Shown here in pieces: positions 9,323-18,708 of a stretch of DNA of 64,000 nt; the first letter of the stretch is position 1, and the number at the start of each line of letters is the position of its first letter. The translations under genes and the position numbers were made by a program. The DNA lies in the NCBI GenBank assembly GCA_043802485.1, contig JAZDKZ010000006.1, forward strand, positions 2,670 to 66,669. The letters run 5' to 3'. The DNA is from Candidatus Aenigmatarchaeota archaeon. Its GTDB lineage: Archaea > Aenigmatarchaeota > Aenigmatarchaeia > Aenigmatarchaeales > Aenigmatarchaeaceae. A model generated the notes under the pieces. It saw nothing but the letters and a program-made list of their open reading frames with translations. It was not told the origin of the DNA and did no database searches.

Positions 9323-9916
9323 ATGTGTTTCAAAACTCTAAAATCAATCCTGACAAACCCTGCTGAAGCTATCAGCAAGGCGAAAAAGTCAAAGAATGTT
9401 TCTGAGACATTATGGATACTTTTCCTGTCGTTTGTCATGATAGGAGCAGGGCTTTCCATAGTTTCCCTTGGTATGTTCACTGCCGTGGTGTCAGCAGCTG
9501 TCGGGATAACCATACTTTTGTTGGGTTCGCTGTTCAGCGCCTTTTTAGGCTACCTGCTTTCGATTGTGATGAACATTCTGGGAGGCAAAGGCAAGGTTAA
9601 AGACGGTCTTGCAGTAGTGTCGTACAGCATATTTCCGATATCGATTGCTGTTTTGGTGACTGCTCTGCTATCAATGATACATCCAACCATAGGTTTTTTG
9701 GGCTTTATTTTGATGGCAGTTCAGACAGCTTTAGGATTCTCAATCTACTTTAGAGCAGTCAAAGAATTGTTCAAGACGGACATGGTAAGGGTCCTGATAG
9801 GCTTTTTGATAATGATTTACGTCATCATGATATCCGCTTACCTTACGCTTGCCATATCGTCTAGCACTGTCCTGCCCTTCTTCAGCGAGATGATGATGCC
9901 TTTGGGTCTTGCCTGA
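9323..9916 (+). CDS. Yip1-family membrane protein (tandem paralog)
   Basis: ILTNPAEAI, ILGGKG motif, about 5 transmembrane helices. Confidence 0.8.
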   Translation: MCFKTLKSILTNPAEAISKAKKSKNVSETLWILFLSFVMIGAGLSIVSLGMFTAVVSAAVGITILLLGSLFSAFLGYLLSIVMNILGGKGKVKDGLAVVSYSIFPISIAVLVTALLSMIHPTIGFLGFILMAVQTALGFSIYFRAVKELFKTDMVRVLIGFLIMIYVIMISAYLTLAISSSTVLPFFSEMMMPLGLA

Positions 9917-10318
9917 TTAAATTTTTGAAATCTTCTATTACAAGGCCTTCTGCTATGTCAATGCTGTCCATCTCGTCGATACCGAAAAATTCCCATTTAC
10001 TGTGCTCTTTTGACAGTTTTATTTCGCCTTCTGTTCTGCATCTGAATATCAGTCTTATCAGAAAGGCTGCGCCTACTTCAGGGAAATCCACTGTAGAAGT
10101 CAAGTAGCCCACGAGACTGGATGAAATCATGTCTAGGTATGTCTCCTCCTTCACTCCCTTTTCAGGGCTTCCAGAGGCTCCTCGCCGTATTCAATCTTGC
10201 CCTCTGTGAATTGCCATCTTTTCTTGTTCGTCCTGTTGACCTCGCTCCTTTTGAGCATGAGGAACTTGTTGTCTTTCTCTATTATGGCAGTCACTATTGG
10301 TATGACTCTTTTTTCCAT
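9882..10318 (-). pseudogene. NUDIX hydrolase, frameshifted within the Nudix box
   Basis: MEKRVIPIVTAII...GKIEYGEEPLEALKRE then TGA; continues VKEET in another frame (one G missing near 10154). Confidence 0.75.
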
Positions 10319-10426
10319 TCTAATAATCTGGGAAAGCTTTGATTTAATCTTTTTTATGACATCATACTGTTGCCTACCTGAAGTGGTAAGTCTTCTATAT
10401 TGTGACTCTGGTATCTAATATCCTTC

Positions 10427-10900
10427 ATGGCAGAGAAAAGGGTGCTGTTCGTTCCGCATTGCATTCTCAATCCTGATGTCAACGACAATTCAAAATCCAC
10501 AAACGAGATTGTAAGGATGATTACCGAGTCGGGCGTTGGCATAGTGCAGCTGCCCTGTCCTATGATAGAGTACAACAGGAAGCTAGTTAGAGAGACCCGC
10601 AAGTCCAAGAGATACGGCGAATACTGCAGGCAGCTCTCGATAAAGATACTGAGCGACATAAAGAAATATCTGGACGCTGACTACAAGGTTCTCGGTGTCA
10701 TGGGCATAGAGTTCTCTGTCTCTTGCGGCGTGCACCACACCAGAAAGAGCAACAGAAAGGTTCTTGGAAAGGGCTTGCTCATTGACGAGCTTGAGAAGGG
10801 AATGCAGCAGAGGAACTTTCAGGTTCCCATCCTGTCGGCAAACTTTGAGAACGTCTTTTCAACGCTGAAGAAAATAGACTTGCTGATTAAAAACAATTGA
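10427..10900 (+). CDS. TudS/DUF523-related putative Fe-S protein
   Basis: HCILN, QLPCP, G.EFSVSCGV Cys triad; paralog at 24787-25293. Confidence 0.7.
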   Translation: MAEKRVLFVPHCILNPDVNDNSKSTNEIVRMITESGVGIVQLPCPMIEYNRKLVRETRKSKRYGEYCRQLSIKILSDIKKYLDADYKVLGVMGIEFSVSCGVHHTRKSNRKVLGKGLLIDELEKGMQQRNFQVPILSANFENVFSTLKKIDLLIKNN

Positions 10901-10909
10901 GGTGATGTT

Positions 10910-11113
10910 ATGAGTGAATATGTGATGAAGGATTCGGTAGGATATTCGCAAAAGGCGTACATGGCGCCGACCGTGTCCTACTTTGGTGGCAACCTTGAGG
11001 CAGGAGAAAACACTGTCTCAGCCCTTGCCAAGACAGCGGCTGCTGTTGCCCTAGCCCTCGTGGCTCTGGCAGCAACTGCGGCAAGAGGTTCGGAGAGCCC
11101 GCTAGAGGAGTGA
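10910..11113 (+). CDS. Putative RiPP precursor peptide
   Basis: GAGGTGA ribosome-binding site; YMAPTVSYFG leader motif; Ala-rich core; directly upstream of radical SAM and PqqD genes. Confidence 0.75.
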   Translation: MSEYVMKDSVGYSQKAYMAPTVSYFGGNLEAGENTVSALAKTAAAVALALVALAATAARGSESPLEE

Positions 11114-11117
11114 TGGC

Positions 11118-12203
11118 TTGTTCGATTTCCAGCAGCTGGTTTCGGATCTTAGTGAGGAAAGACTGTTGCCGTCGGTTCCCTCAAAGCCTGACCGGGTGGG
11201 GCTGCTAAGGACCACTGACAGTTTTTTCAAGGATATGGAAAGCAGGCGGATATATCCCAAGGAGCTGGACAGCCCGCTGGGCTGCCAGCTGGAGCTGACG
11301 CACAGATGCAATTTGAAATGCAAGCAGTGCTACAACATGTCCGGCTGCTCCAAGCCGGACATTTCAATCAAGAGGTGGATGGATGTTGCCAAGCAGCTGG
11401 TGGACATGAACATGTTCGAGTGCGTTATATCTGGGGGCGAGCCGCTGCTCCTCGGGGACAAGCTGTACGAACTGATGGATGTCCTGCATGACAGCGGAAT
11501 GAGGTTCGTGCTCGTCACCAACGGGATGCTTATGGATGAAAAGGTCATTGACAAGCTGAGCAAGTACGACTACTACTGGGTCCAGGTGAGCATTGACGGC
11601 TCAAAGCCCCAGATACATGATAGTATAAGGGGTGTGAAGGGAAGCTGGAAAAAGGCTGTCAATGCAGCAAAGCTGGTGTCCCAGTCAGGGATGCCTTTGG
11701 TCATTTCCCATGTGTTACAGAGGGAGAATGTAGACCATATCGATGAGATGATTGAGACGTCGTATGTTCTTGGCGCTAGGAGGCTGATAACAGGCAAGTT
11801 CACGTTTTCCGGCAGGGCGATAACCAACAAGGATGACATAGGAATCGACGAGAAGAAACTGAAAAAAGCCTTTAGTCTATTGAAGACCAGGCACGACCAA
11901 TACACGGGAAGCATGGAGATAGTCACTTCGACAGACCCTGCATTCTATCTCAGGTACAGGATACTCGAGCCTTGCAATGTTCTGTTGGTAAGGCCGAACG
12001 GAGACGTCAAGCTGGACTGCATACTACCCTTCAAGATAGGCAATGTGAAGAATGAGAGCATCTCCAGTATGTGGAACAAAGTTGGAAAGTCTGCCTGGAG
12101 AAACGAGCAGGTGATAAGGTACATAAGCTCGATAAAGGAGGAGAGTGATATGTTGAAGGTCCGACCAAGGCCTTACATAGACGAGGACATTCTGATAAGG
12201 TGA
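11118..12203 (+). CDS. Radical SAM peptide maturase-like enzyme with reduced SPASM/Twitch domain
   Basis: CNLKCKQC, SGGEPLL, TNG, VSIDG, HD.IRG motifs; C-terminal PC..LLVRPNGDV..C...IGNV. Confidence 0.9.
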   Translation: MFDFQQLVSDLSEERLLPSVPSKPDRVGLLRTTDSFFKDMESRRIYPKELDSPLGCQLELTHRCNLKCKQCYNMSGCSKPDISIKRWMDVAKQLVDMNMFECVISGGEPLLLGDKLYELMDVLHDSGMRFVLVTNGMLMDEKVIDKLSKYDYYWVQVSIDGSKPQIHDSIRGVKGSWKKAVNAAKLVSQSGMPLVISHVLQRENVDHIDEMIETSYVLGARRLITGKFTFSGRAITNKDDIGIDEKKLKKAFSLLKTRHDQYTGSMEIVTSTDPAFYLRYRILEPCNVLLVRPNGDVKLDCILPFKIGNVKNESISSMWNKVGKSAWRNEQVIRYISSIKEESDMLKVRPRPYIDEDILIR

Positions 12204-12496
12204 TAAAGATGGAAGACTATGTCATAGATGTCATGAGATCGGCTGTGCTAGAAAAGCCTAAAGTCCAGAAGGTGAGGAAGGATGGCGAATTCTTGGTTGT
12301 CAGGGACAACAACAAGAAAATAGTTATTCTTAACTCAACAGCAAGGGAAATATATGACATTTGCGATGGTCTGACTGTTGGCGAGCTCATAGAAAGAATG
12401 AAATCAGAGTACGACGTCGGCAGGAAGAAGCTTTCTGTTGACGTCCTGAACTTCCTCAGGGACATGGAGAAAAAGGGTCTGGTTGCTCTGAAATGA
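12200..12496 (+). CDS. PqqD-family RiPP recognition element
   Basis: LNSTAREIYDICDG.TV.E......EYDV....L..DV..FL..M...GLV pattern; overlaps the radical SAM stop codon. Confidence 0.88.
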   Translation: MIKMEDYVIDVMRSAVLEKPKVQKVRKDGEFLVVRDNNKKIVILNSTAREIYDICDGLTVGELIERMKSEYDVGRKKLSVDVLNFLRDMEKKGLVALK

Positions 12497-12540
12497 AAGA
12501 AGCGGCGCTGGAATGGTTCAAAAACAAAAAATAGAAAAAA

Positions 12541-13152
12541 CTAAGAGTAGGACCCTGTTATTGTGCCAGCTGTGGTGAAGATGTTCGAAGATTCTGGCGG
12601 AATCGCATAGCTTATGACCACTGCGGCGCTGTATGCGTCTCCAACCGTTTTCGGTGTCCATCCAGATGCCGGCGTGCAGCCAACCATGAAAGACTTCCCT
12701 GGTTCGATTGTCCAAGCCGGATTACAGCTCACAGAAGTCGCGTCTACGGTATATTCTATGTTTTTTATCTCTAATATCTGGTCAATCCTGTTTTCCAAGT
12801 TCATTGTTATCTGCCCATTGCTTGCGTCAATGACCCACGGGTTTAGCACCTGTACCTCTTCGAACCCTACGGCTGTTTGTGCTGTTGGTCCCAAGAAGCT
12901 AGACGGCGAGTAAAATCCATAATACATCAGAACCATAGGCACTATGACTAACGAAGGCAGTATTGTTATCACGATACCAATGATTAGCAGGTTTCTGGCC
13001 ATCTTCCTGTTGTCTTCCTTGACAACCAGGTAGCCAACCAATCCGCCTATCAGGCCAAAGAAAAGAGGGACCAGGTACCATGCTCTGCTCGGCTTTTTCT
13101 TTTCTTTAGGAGTTTCAGTCGCGTCCTTTGAGTAATAATAATCATCTTTCAT
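12541..13152 (-). CDS. Membrane protein with a pilin-like C-terminal domain
   Basis: Extra N-terminal transmembrane segment, then SPSSFLGPTA..QVLNPW..TAGTITGSYS shared with the adjacent pilin. Confidence 0.7.
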   Translation of the reverse strand: MKDDYYYSKDATETPKEKKKPSRAWYLVPLFFGLIGGLVGYLVVKEDNRKMARNLLIIGIVITILPSLVIVPMVLMYYGFYSPSSFLGPTAQTAVGFEEVQVLNPWVIDASNGQITMNLENRIDQILEIKNIEYTVDATSVSCNPAWTIEPGKSFMVGCTPASGWTPKTVGDAYSAAVVISYAIPPESSNIFTTAGTITGSYS

Positions 13153-13253
13153 GAGAAAATAATCTATTTTTTGCTATAAATAAGCTATAGGAGCGCCTCT
13201 GCATGTGTTCAAAAATAAAAGAAAAAGAAATTAAATTAAAAAATCGGAAAAAA

Positions 13254-13736
13254 CTACGAGTAAGTTCCGGTTATGGTACCTGCTGTGCTAAAATCTACAG
13301 TTGATGCAGTTGAAGGATACCTGTAATTTATGACAAGTGTTGCGGTGTAAGCGTCTCCTGCTTCTGCAGTTGCTGGTATTACAGGTGCTATTGTACAACT
13401 AAATGTTGCGTCGTCACCTGAAGCAATGTACAAATCTCCTAAAACCGGAGTACATGTATATCCTGAGACATCATCTATAGTTGCACTAATCGTGGTTATG
13501 TTAACTGCCCCACCGACTCTGTTGGCTAGGTTTAAGGTCATCGTATCAACTGTTGCTGAAACTGCCCATGGGTTCAAGACTTGAATCTGACCGAATCCTC
13601 TTGCCGTTGGTCCCAAAAAGCTAGACGGTGAGAATATGCCATAGTACGCCAGAACACCAGCTACAATCAAAATTATCAAGATGGCCCATCCATATGTCAT
13701 TAGGTACTCTATTGCTGTTTGTCCTTTCATTTTCAT
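13254..13736 (-). CDS. Type IV pilin (probable major pilin)
   Basis: Class III signal peptide MKMKG|QTAIEYLMTYGWAIL. Confidence 0.88.
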   Translation of the reverse strand: MKMKGQTAIEYLMTYGWAILIILIVAGVLAYYGIFSPSSFLGPTARGFGQIQVLNPWAVSATVDTMTLNLANRVGGAVNITTISATIDDVSGYTCTPVLGDLYIASGDDATFSCTIAPVIPATAEAGDAYTATLVINYRYPSTASTVDFSTAGTITGTYS

Positions 13737-13785
13737 ACCTCCTATTTAGTTAATTTTATTTTGTTAACCCGATACTTAAACTTTA

Positions 13786-14811
13786 CTATATCTGGAAAAA
13801 ACTGCCGAAAAAGAACTGTATCATAAGGTGGGACAGGAAGAAGACTGCCAAGGCCCCCAGCATGAAGAGCGGTATGAACTTTACGCCGTTCTTCTCAGTT
13901 CCTGTCTGTATCAGGCCTGTTATCAAAGCCCCGAAGAACGTGGTTGTTGATATTGATGCTATGGCAAACCAGAAGAGCTGGTCAGGCGTTATCTGCGGCG
14001 CCCCTGCCTTGGCCAGAAGCCCGCCACCCATACCACCGCTAGACAGTTCTATGCCGCCCAGGATTTCAGGCGACCATAGAGTGGTCATGACCTCGATGAA
14101 GAACAGGCTGAGCGAATAGAGCATGGGCGCGCCCAGGACTGCTGCGAAAACTATGAATATCGAATAGGTTGTGACAGATGCCTTTATCTCCTTCTTCACT
14201 GACTGCGTAACCCTGATGTTGTTGGCTGTCTCCTCCAGTAAATTGGCCAGCTCGCCTCCAGACTCTATGCCCTCTATCAGCAATCTCACCGCCTTGTCCA
14301 GAATGTCTGACTTTATCTTTTCTCTTATCTCTAAAAGGGCCATTTTTATCGACTTGCCGCCTACAGTCTTTGCCCCGACCCTTCTTATCTCCTCCTCGAA
14401 TATGCCGAACTCTGGCCTTGCTGCAAGCCATATGGCCCTGTCGACTGTCATGCCTGCCCTTATGTTGGCTGACATGAGCTGCAAAGCATCAGGCAGGACC
14501 TTCTCCACTTCTGCTGCCCTAGAGTCTGCTATCAGTATGATCAGCACCTGGATGATCACCAGAGCGAGCGCCCCTGAGCCAAGCCCCAGCGCTATGCCGC
14601 TCAACCCCCAGCCTATCATGTAAAGGTCGAAGGCGATTACCACCCCTAGAAGCACTGAAAAGAAGAAGGTGAACCCTATGAACCTCTCTATTATCTTCTC
14701 GTTCACGCCAGCATACACAAGTTCCTTTTTCAGCTTCTGCTTGTACTTTATTGGTGTAAAGTAGAACAGCCTTTCCCTTATCCTGCCGACATTTATTTTT
14801 TTCAGCTTCAT
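13786..14811 (-). CDS. Type IV pilus platform protein (TadC/GspF family)
   Basis: LPDALQLMSANIRAG, EGIESGGEL motifs; multiple transmembrane helices. Confidence 0.88.
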   Translation of the reverse strand: MKLKKINVGRIRERLFYFTPIKYKQKLKKELVYAGVNEKIIERFIGFTFFFSVLLGVVIAFDLYMIGWGLSGIALGLGSGALALVIIQVLIILIADSRAAEVEKVLPDALQLMSANIRAGMTVDRAIWLAARPEFGIFEEEIRRVGAKTVGGKSIKMALLEIREKIKSDILDKAVRLLIEGIESGGELANLLEETANNIRVTQSVKKEIKASVTTYSIFIVFAAVLGAPMLYSLSLFFIEVMTTLWSPEILGGIELSSGGMGGGLLAKAGAPQITPDQLFWFAIASISTTTFFGALITGLIQTGTEKNGVKFIPLFMLGALAVFFLSHLMIQFFFGSFFQI

Positions 14812-15684
14812 CTATTTCACCATCATAGGCCTCTTGGTCTTTATCACGCCCATGTAAAAATACTGGAACACGGACAATACCACGATTATCATGGGGAATA
14901 TCATAAGCGGAATCTCCAGGCCGGAGAACGAAGTGAGTATTATCAGGAAGGTTGTGCCCAGCGTGGGCATTATCACGGCAACAAGCATGTACATAAGCGT
15001 GTAGGGCCCCAGCTCCTGCCCGTACTTTCTTATGCCTATCAGCTGCTCCTTTGTCAGGTTCTTGACGATTGATTGCAATGTCACGGCGACATCGCTTCCA
15101 GACTTCATGGAATTGGTGAGCTGCCATATGGCCCTTCTGAAATGTAGCGAGGGATTCCTCAGAGACGCCTTTTCAAAGGCCTTGATCATTGACAGGCCTG
15201 CGTTTATCTCCATGAGTATGGTCTTGAACTCCTGGCTTATCTCGCCGTATCCATCACTGACGCTAATTATTGAATTGAAAAGCGGGACGCCAGACTTTAT
15301 TTCTATGAGTATGTGGTCCAGGGAGTTCAAAAGGTCTGCCTCTAGCTTCTTCATCCTTCTGGCAGCCATCAGCTTTGGAAACCTAAGCAGGTAGTTGAAA
15401 ACAAATATGGAAAAAACAGAGCCTATCCCCAGAGGAAGAAGCAGCTCAGGCCTTCCTACTATAAGCCCTACCAGAAATATGAGGAGCGTCAAGACGCAGA
15501 AATAGAAGAAAGACGTCAAAGCGACTATGGACGCATAAACCTTGGGATGTATGTTGATCTCTGCCTGATAGAGGTCTAATTTCAATGATGGGTGGGACTT
15601 CCAGATGACATTGCCTGCCCTATCGAATATCTTTGCTTCTTTCATGGCCTTCCTTATAGGGAATGGCACGAATGGTATTATCAT
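14812..15684 (-). CDS. Type IV pilus platform protein (TadB/GspF family)
   Basis: IKSGVPL..YGEISQEF..SMKSGSDV motifs. Confidence 0.88.
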   Translation of the reverse strand: MIIPFVPFPIRKAMKEAKIFDRAGNVIWKSHPSLKLDLYQAEINIHPKVYASIVALTSFFYFCVLTLLIFLVGLIVGRPELLLPLGIGSVFSIFVFNYLLRFPKLMAARRMKKLEADLLNSLDHILIEIKSGVPLFNSIISVSDGYGEISQEFKTILMEINAGLSMIKAFEKASLRNPSLHFRRAIWQLTNSMKSGSDVAVTLQSIVKNLTKEQLIGIRKYGQELGPYTLMYMLVAVIMPTLGTTFLIILTSFSGLEIPLMIFPMIIVVLSVFQYFYMGVIKTKRPMMVK

Positions 15685-15685
15685 T

Positions 15686-17236
15686 TCAATCAGCTTTTTC
15701 TTTCAGTTCGCTCATCAAATTTTTTCCTACTAACAGCTCCGCGTTGCCGTTGGAGTTGACCACTTTCATTACCTTTTCCCTGTCATGGTAGTATTCTGCC
15801 ACCACCTTACCCACAGTGTTGACAGTCATTATTCTCTTCTCCAACATCCATTGCAATATCTTTTCCTTCTCCTTCAGGTCGTCCTTCATATCGTCGTCGG
15901 TCATACCTGTGTGCAGCCTTATCTCGTTCAGCAGACGGACGCTGTTCCTCACCTTTTCTATTGTGTCTGTTGCAGGCCTCCACCTGTATAGCAACTCCAG
16001 TCTTGATGAGAATATGGTCCTGCCAGCTTCCCCTGGGATGAACTCGGCTACTTCCAGAGTTCTCCTTATGCCGTATTTCCTGTGCCTGTATTGTACAATA
16101 ACCAGGTGCAATGATTCAAGCAAGCTCTCGGGCAGGTTTATGGGCGGGTTTGTCAATCTTCGGACAACCTGCTCTGCCCTATCAGCGTGCAGTGTAGCAT
16201 AAACGCTGTGACCGGTGTGCATAGCCTCGAATAGAACTTCAGCCTCGCTTTGCCTTCTGATTTCTCCTACTACAATCCTGTCAGGTCTCATTCTCAGCGA
16301 GTTCACTAACAAATCAAGCATTGACACCTCTCCCTTTCCCTCAGGGTTGGCCTCTCTTGTTGTCAAGGGAATCCAATGTAAAAAGTCTGGTAGCCTCAGT
16401 TCCCTCGTGTCCTCTATTGATATTAGCCTCTGGTTCGGCGGCATGAACGCCATTAGCGCGTTGAGTATGGAAGTCTTTCCAGAGGCTGTTCCTCCTGCGA
16501 CCAGAATGTTCAGCTCGTACTGTATGCACAGCCAGAGCAAGGCAGCGACTTCTGGCGAGATGGTCTTGGTCTTCGGGTCTATGAAATGAATTATAGTCCA
16601 TGGATCTCTCCTGAACTTTCTTATCGTTATGGTGTTTCCTTTTGTGGATATGGGAAACAGCGTAGCATTGACTCTGTCCCCTGTTGTCAGGTGGGCGTCC
16701 ATCAGGGGATTAAGATTGGTTATCTGCCTGCCCACCTTCCTTCCGATCAGGCTGGCATAGTTGTATATCTGCTCCTCTGTGGGGACTGACAGGTTGGTCT
16801 TAAGCCAGCCGAGTTCCTTGTGGAAGACCCAGACAGTTTCAGAGGAGTTGTTGATGACAAGCTCCTCCAGATTTGCATCCATCAAAAGGATCTCCAGTCT
16901 TCCTAGGCCGAGCATCTCGTGGACAAGATGACCTGCCAAGATGTTCTTCTGGTTCTCTGAAAGCGCCGGAAGCTCCAATGATATGGCCTCCCTTGCGCTG
17001 TCGATGAACCTTTCCTTTATGCCCTCGGCTGCCTTGGGGTCCAGAATCTCAGAAATCTTGATCTTGACAACCTCAACCAGCCTCTCCTTTATGGAATCGA
17101 GAATAGCCTGGGTTGCCGGCTCTATGGTCGGGAACTTTACGTCGTAGATTGGTGTGTATTCGTCAGGCTTTTTGATTATTGTTACCTCTCCAGGAACATT
17201 CTCAGCAATTACAGTATAGCTTCCTATTACTTCCAT
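15686..17236 (-). CDS. Type IV pilus assembly ATPase (CpaF/VirB11 family)
   Basis: Walker A GGTASGKT, SIEDTREL, LRMRPDRIVVGEIR, MHTGH. Confidence 0.95.
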   Translation of the reverse strand: MEVIGSYTVIAENVPGEVTIIKKPDEYTPIYDVKFPTIEPATQAILDSIKERLVEVVKIKISEILDPKAAEGIKERFIDSAREAISLELPALSENQKNILAGHLVHEMLGLGRLEILLMDANLEELVINNSSETVWVFHKELGWLKTNLSVPTEEQIYNYASLIGRKVGRQITNLNPLMDAHLTTGDRVNATLFPISTKGNTITIRKFRRDPWTIIHFIDPKTKTISPEVAALLWLCIQYELNILVAGGTASGKTSILNALMAFMPPNQRLISIEDTRELRLPDFLHWIPLTTREANPEGKGEVSMLDLLVNSLRMRPDRIVVGEIRRQSEAEVLFEAMHTGHSVYATLHADRAEQVVRRLTNPPINLPESLLESLHLVIVQYRHRKYGIRRTLEVAEFIPGEAGRTIFSSRLELLYRWRPATDTIEKVRNSVRLLNEIRLHTGMTDDDMKDDLKEKEKILQWMLEKRIMTVNTVGKVVAEYYHDREKVMKVVNSNGNAELLVGKNLMSELKEKAD

Positions 17237-17246
17237 CAGTACACCA

Positions 17247-18092
17247 CTATTTTACAAGGTTCAAAAAAAGTTTTGCTTCCTTCTTCTCCACATGCTCTTT
17301 CTGCTGCTTTATCTTCTTTTCTATTTTCTTCGCCTTCTTGTGCATGTCATTCTTTTTTACTTTTATTTTCCTGGTCCTTTTCTCGTGCTTTCCGAAAATA
17401 TTCTTCAGGCTGAAACCAGAAGCATGCTTTTTTGAAAACGACTTTAATAACTTGGCCTCATTGTCAAGCTCCTTTATCTCGTTCTCTATCTCCTTCTTGG
17501 TTTTGTCAAGGTTCTCTATATTGACTTCATGCTTCTCAATCATCTTTATCTGCTTCTCTATCTTGCTTTCCATCTCATTGATGTTCGACTTTATTTCTTC
17601 AATGTCCTTGCCTACAGAGTCTGCCATTACCTTGAGCTTGATAGATTCTTCTACCATGTCCTGCTTTTTCTTCTCGACCGAATCAAGGTTCTTTAGGTTC
17701 TTGTCAAGGTCGCTCATCTTTTTGTGCAGCTCCTTTTCCAAAGAGCTAAAGTCTTTGTATTTCTCTTTGTTTTCCTTCTCTGTTTTTTCGACCTTTACCT
17801 CGAACTTTTCAGCCTTTTGTTCAATCCTTTCCCTTTTCTTGTCAAGCTTCTTTGCGCTCTTCTTCATATTCTTCTCCCCTGCCTCTTTCAGAATTATCTG
17901 GGGCTGGCCTAATGCAGGGTATATCAGCTCTACAAAGCCGTGCTCCTCGAGAATCTTGACCCATCTCTCCACCTTTGAGGTTTCCACGTTCAGGAGGGAC
18001 GAAGCCTCTGTTAGCGATATCTTGTTCCTTTCCTGCAGCAGATTTATGAGCAGGTCTATAGGAGTTTCTATTTTGTTCTCTTTTTTGGCCAT
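17247..18092 (-). CDS. Winged-helix plus coiled-coil protein in the pilus operon
   Basis: N-terminal HTH-like segment followed by long K/E heptad repeats. Confidence 0.7.
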   Translation of the reverse strand: MAKKENKIETPIDLLINLLQERNKISLTEASSLLNVETSKVERWVKILEEHGFVELIYPALGQPQIILKEAGEKNMKKSAKKLDKKRERIEQKAEKFEVKVEKTEKENKEKYKDFSSLEKELHKKMSDLDKNLKNLDSVEKKKQDMVEESIKLKVMADSVGKDIEEIKSNINEMESKIEKQIKMIEKHEVNIENLDKTKKEIENEIKELDNEAKLLKSFSKKHASGFSLKNIFGKHEKRTRKIKVKKNDMHKKAKKIEKKIKQQKEHVEKKEAKLFLNLVK

Positions 18093-18165
18093 GAATCTTC
18101 CCTATTAATTATCAAATCCGGTCCATATTAAGTCTTATTATTTTATATTGAGATAAAATAATTAT

Positions 18166-18708
18166 ATGGAAAAACGGTATATAATGATTATACTAGCGTT
18201 GTCGATTCTAGTAATCGCGGCGATTCTCTATTTTTTGACGCCTTCCAGAGTCTTATCTGAAATAATCACAGGAGACATTCAAACAGAGGAGAACGAAAGC
18301 GAAAGAGCCGCTCGCATTAGCCAGAATGTCACAGGCAACGAGACCGGTGCGGTGTCCGAAGGAGGCGGGGGCACTGGCGGGACCGGCGGTTCAGAGGACT
18401 ATACCGTTGAAAAGGTCAACTACACCATCAGCGTCGACTCTCAACCAGAGGGCCTTGGGATACTTGTGAACTATTCCATGAACAGCAATTATTCTACCAT
18501 CAGAAAGTATGCTCCATATTCTGTTGAAGCAGAGTCTGGTACTGAGGCGTGCGTCCTGTTGACAACCAGCGTCAAGGGAGGCAGTGTTGTCACATGGGAT
18601 ATTGACGGCGAAGATTGCGTGCCTTCTATTTGCGCAGGCTTTATGGGCTGTAGCATTTTCATGGACATGCACCATACGGCCATAGTGTATTACAGCACGC
18701 CCGGCTAG
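18166..18708 (+). CDS. Membrane-anchored hypothetical protein
   Basis: N-terminal transmembrane helix, Gly-rich linker, beta-rich domain. Confidence 0.7.
   Translation: MEKRYIMIILALSILVIAAILYFLTPSRVLSEIITGDIQTEENESERAARISQNVTGNETGAVSEGGGGTGGTGGSEDYTVEKVNYTISVDSQPEGLGILVNYSMNSNYSTIRKYAPYSVEAESGTEACVLLTTSVKGGSVVTWDIDGEDCVPSICAGFMGCSIFMDMHHTAIVYYSTPG

Noticed and set aside
8674-9916. Yip1 pair as export or immunity genes of the RiPP cluster
   Set aside because: Separated from the operon by an oppositely oriented gene, and the family is widespread; linkage cannot be supported from this window alone.
10140-10170. NUDIX frameshift as another intron or programmed frameshift
   Set aside because: One base is missing rather than inserted, there is no BHB fold and no in-frame slippery heptamer; a simple deletion or sequencing error is more likely.
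17179-18108. 309-aa Phe/Ser-rich ORF on the plus strand
   Set aside because: Antisense shadow of the K/E-rich coiled-coil gene.
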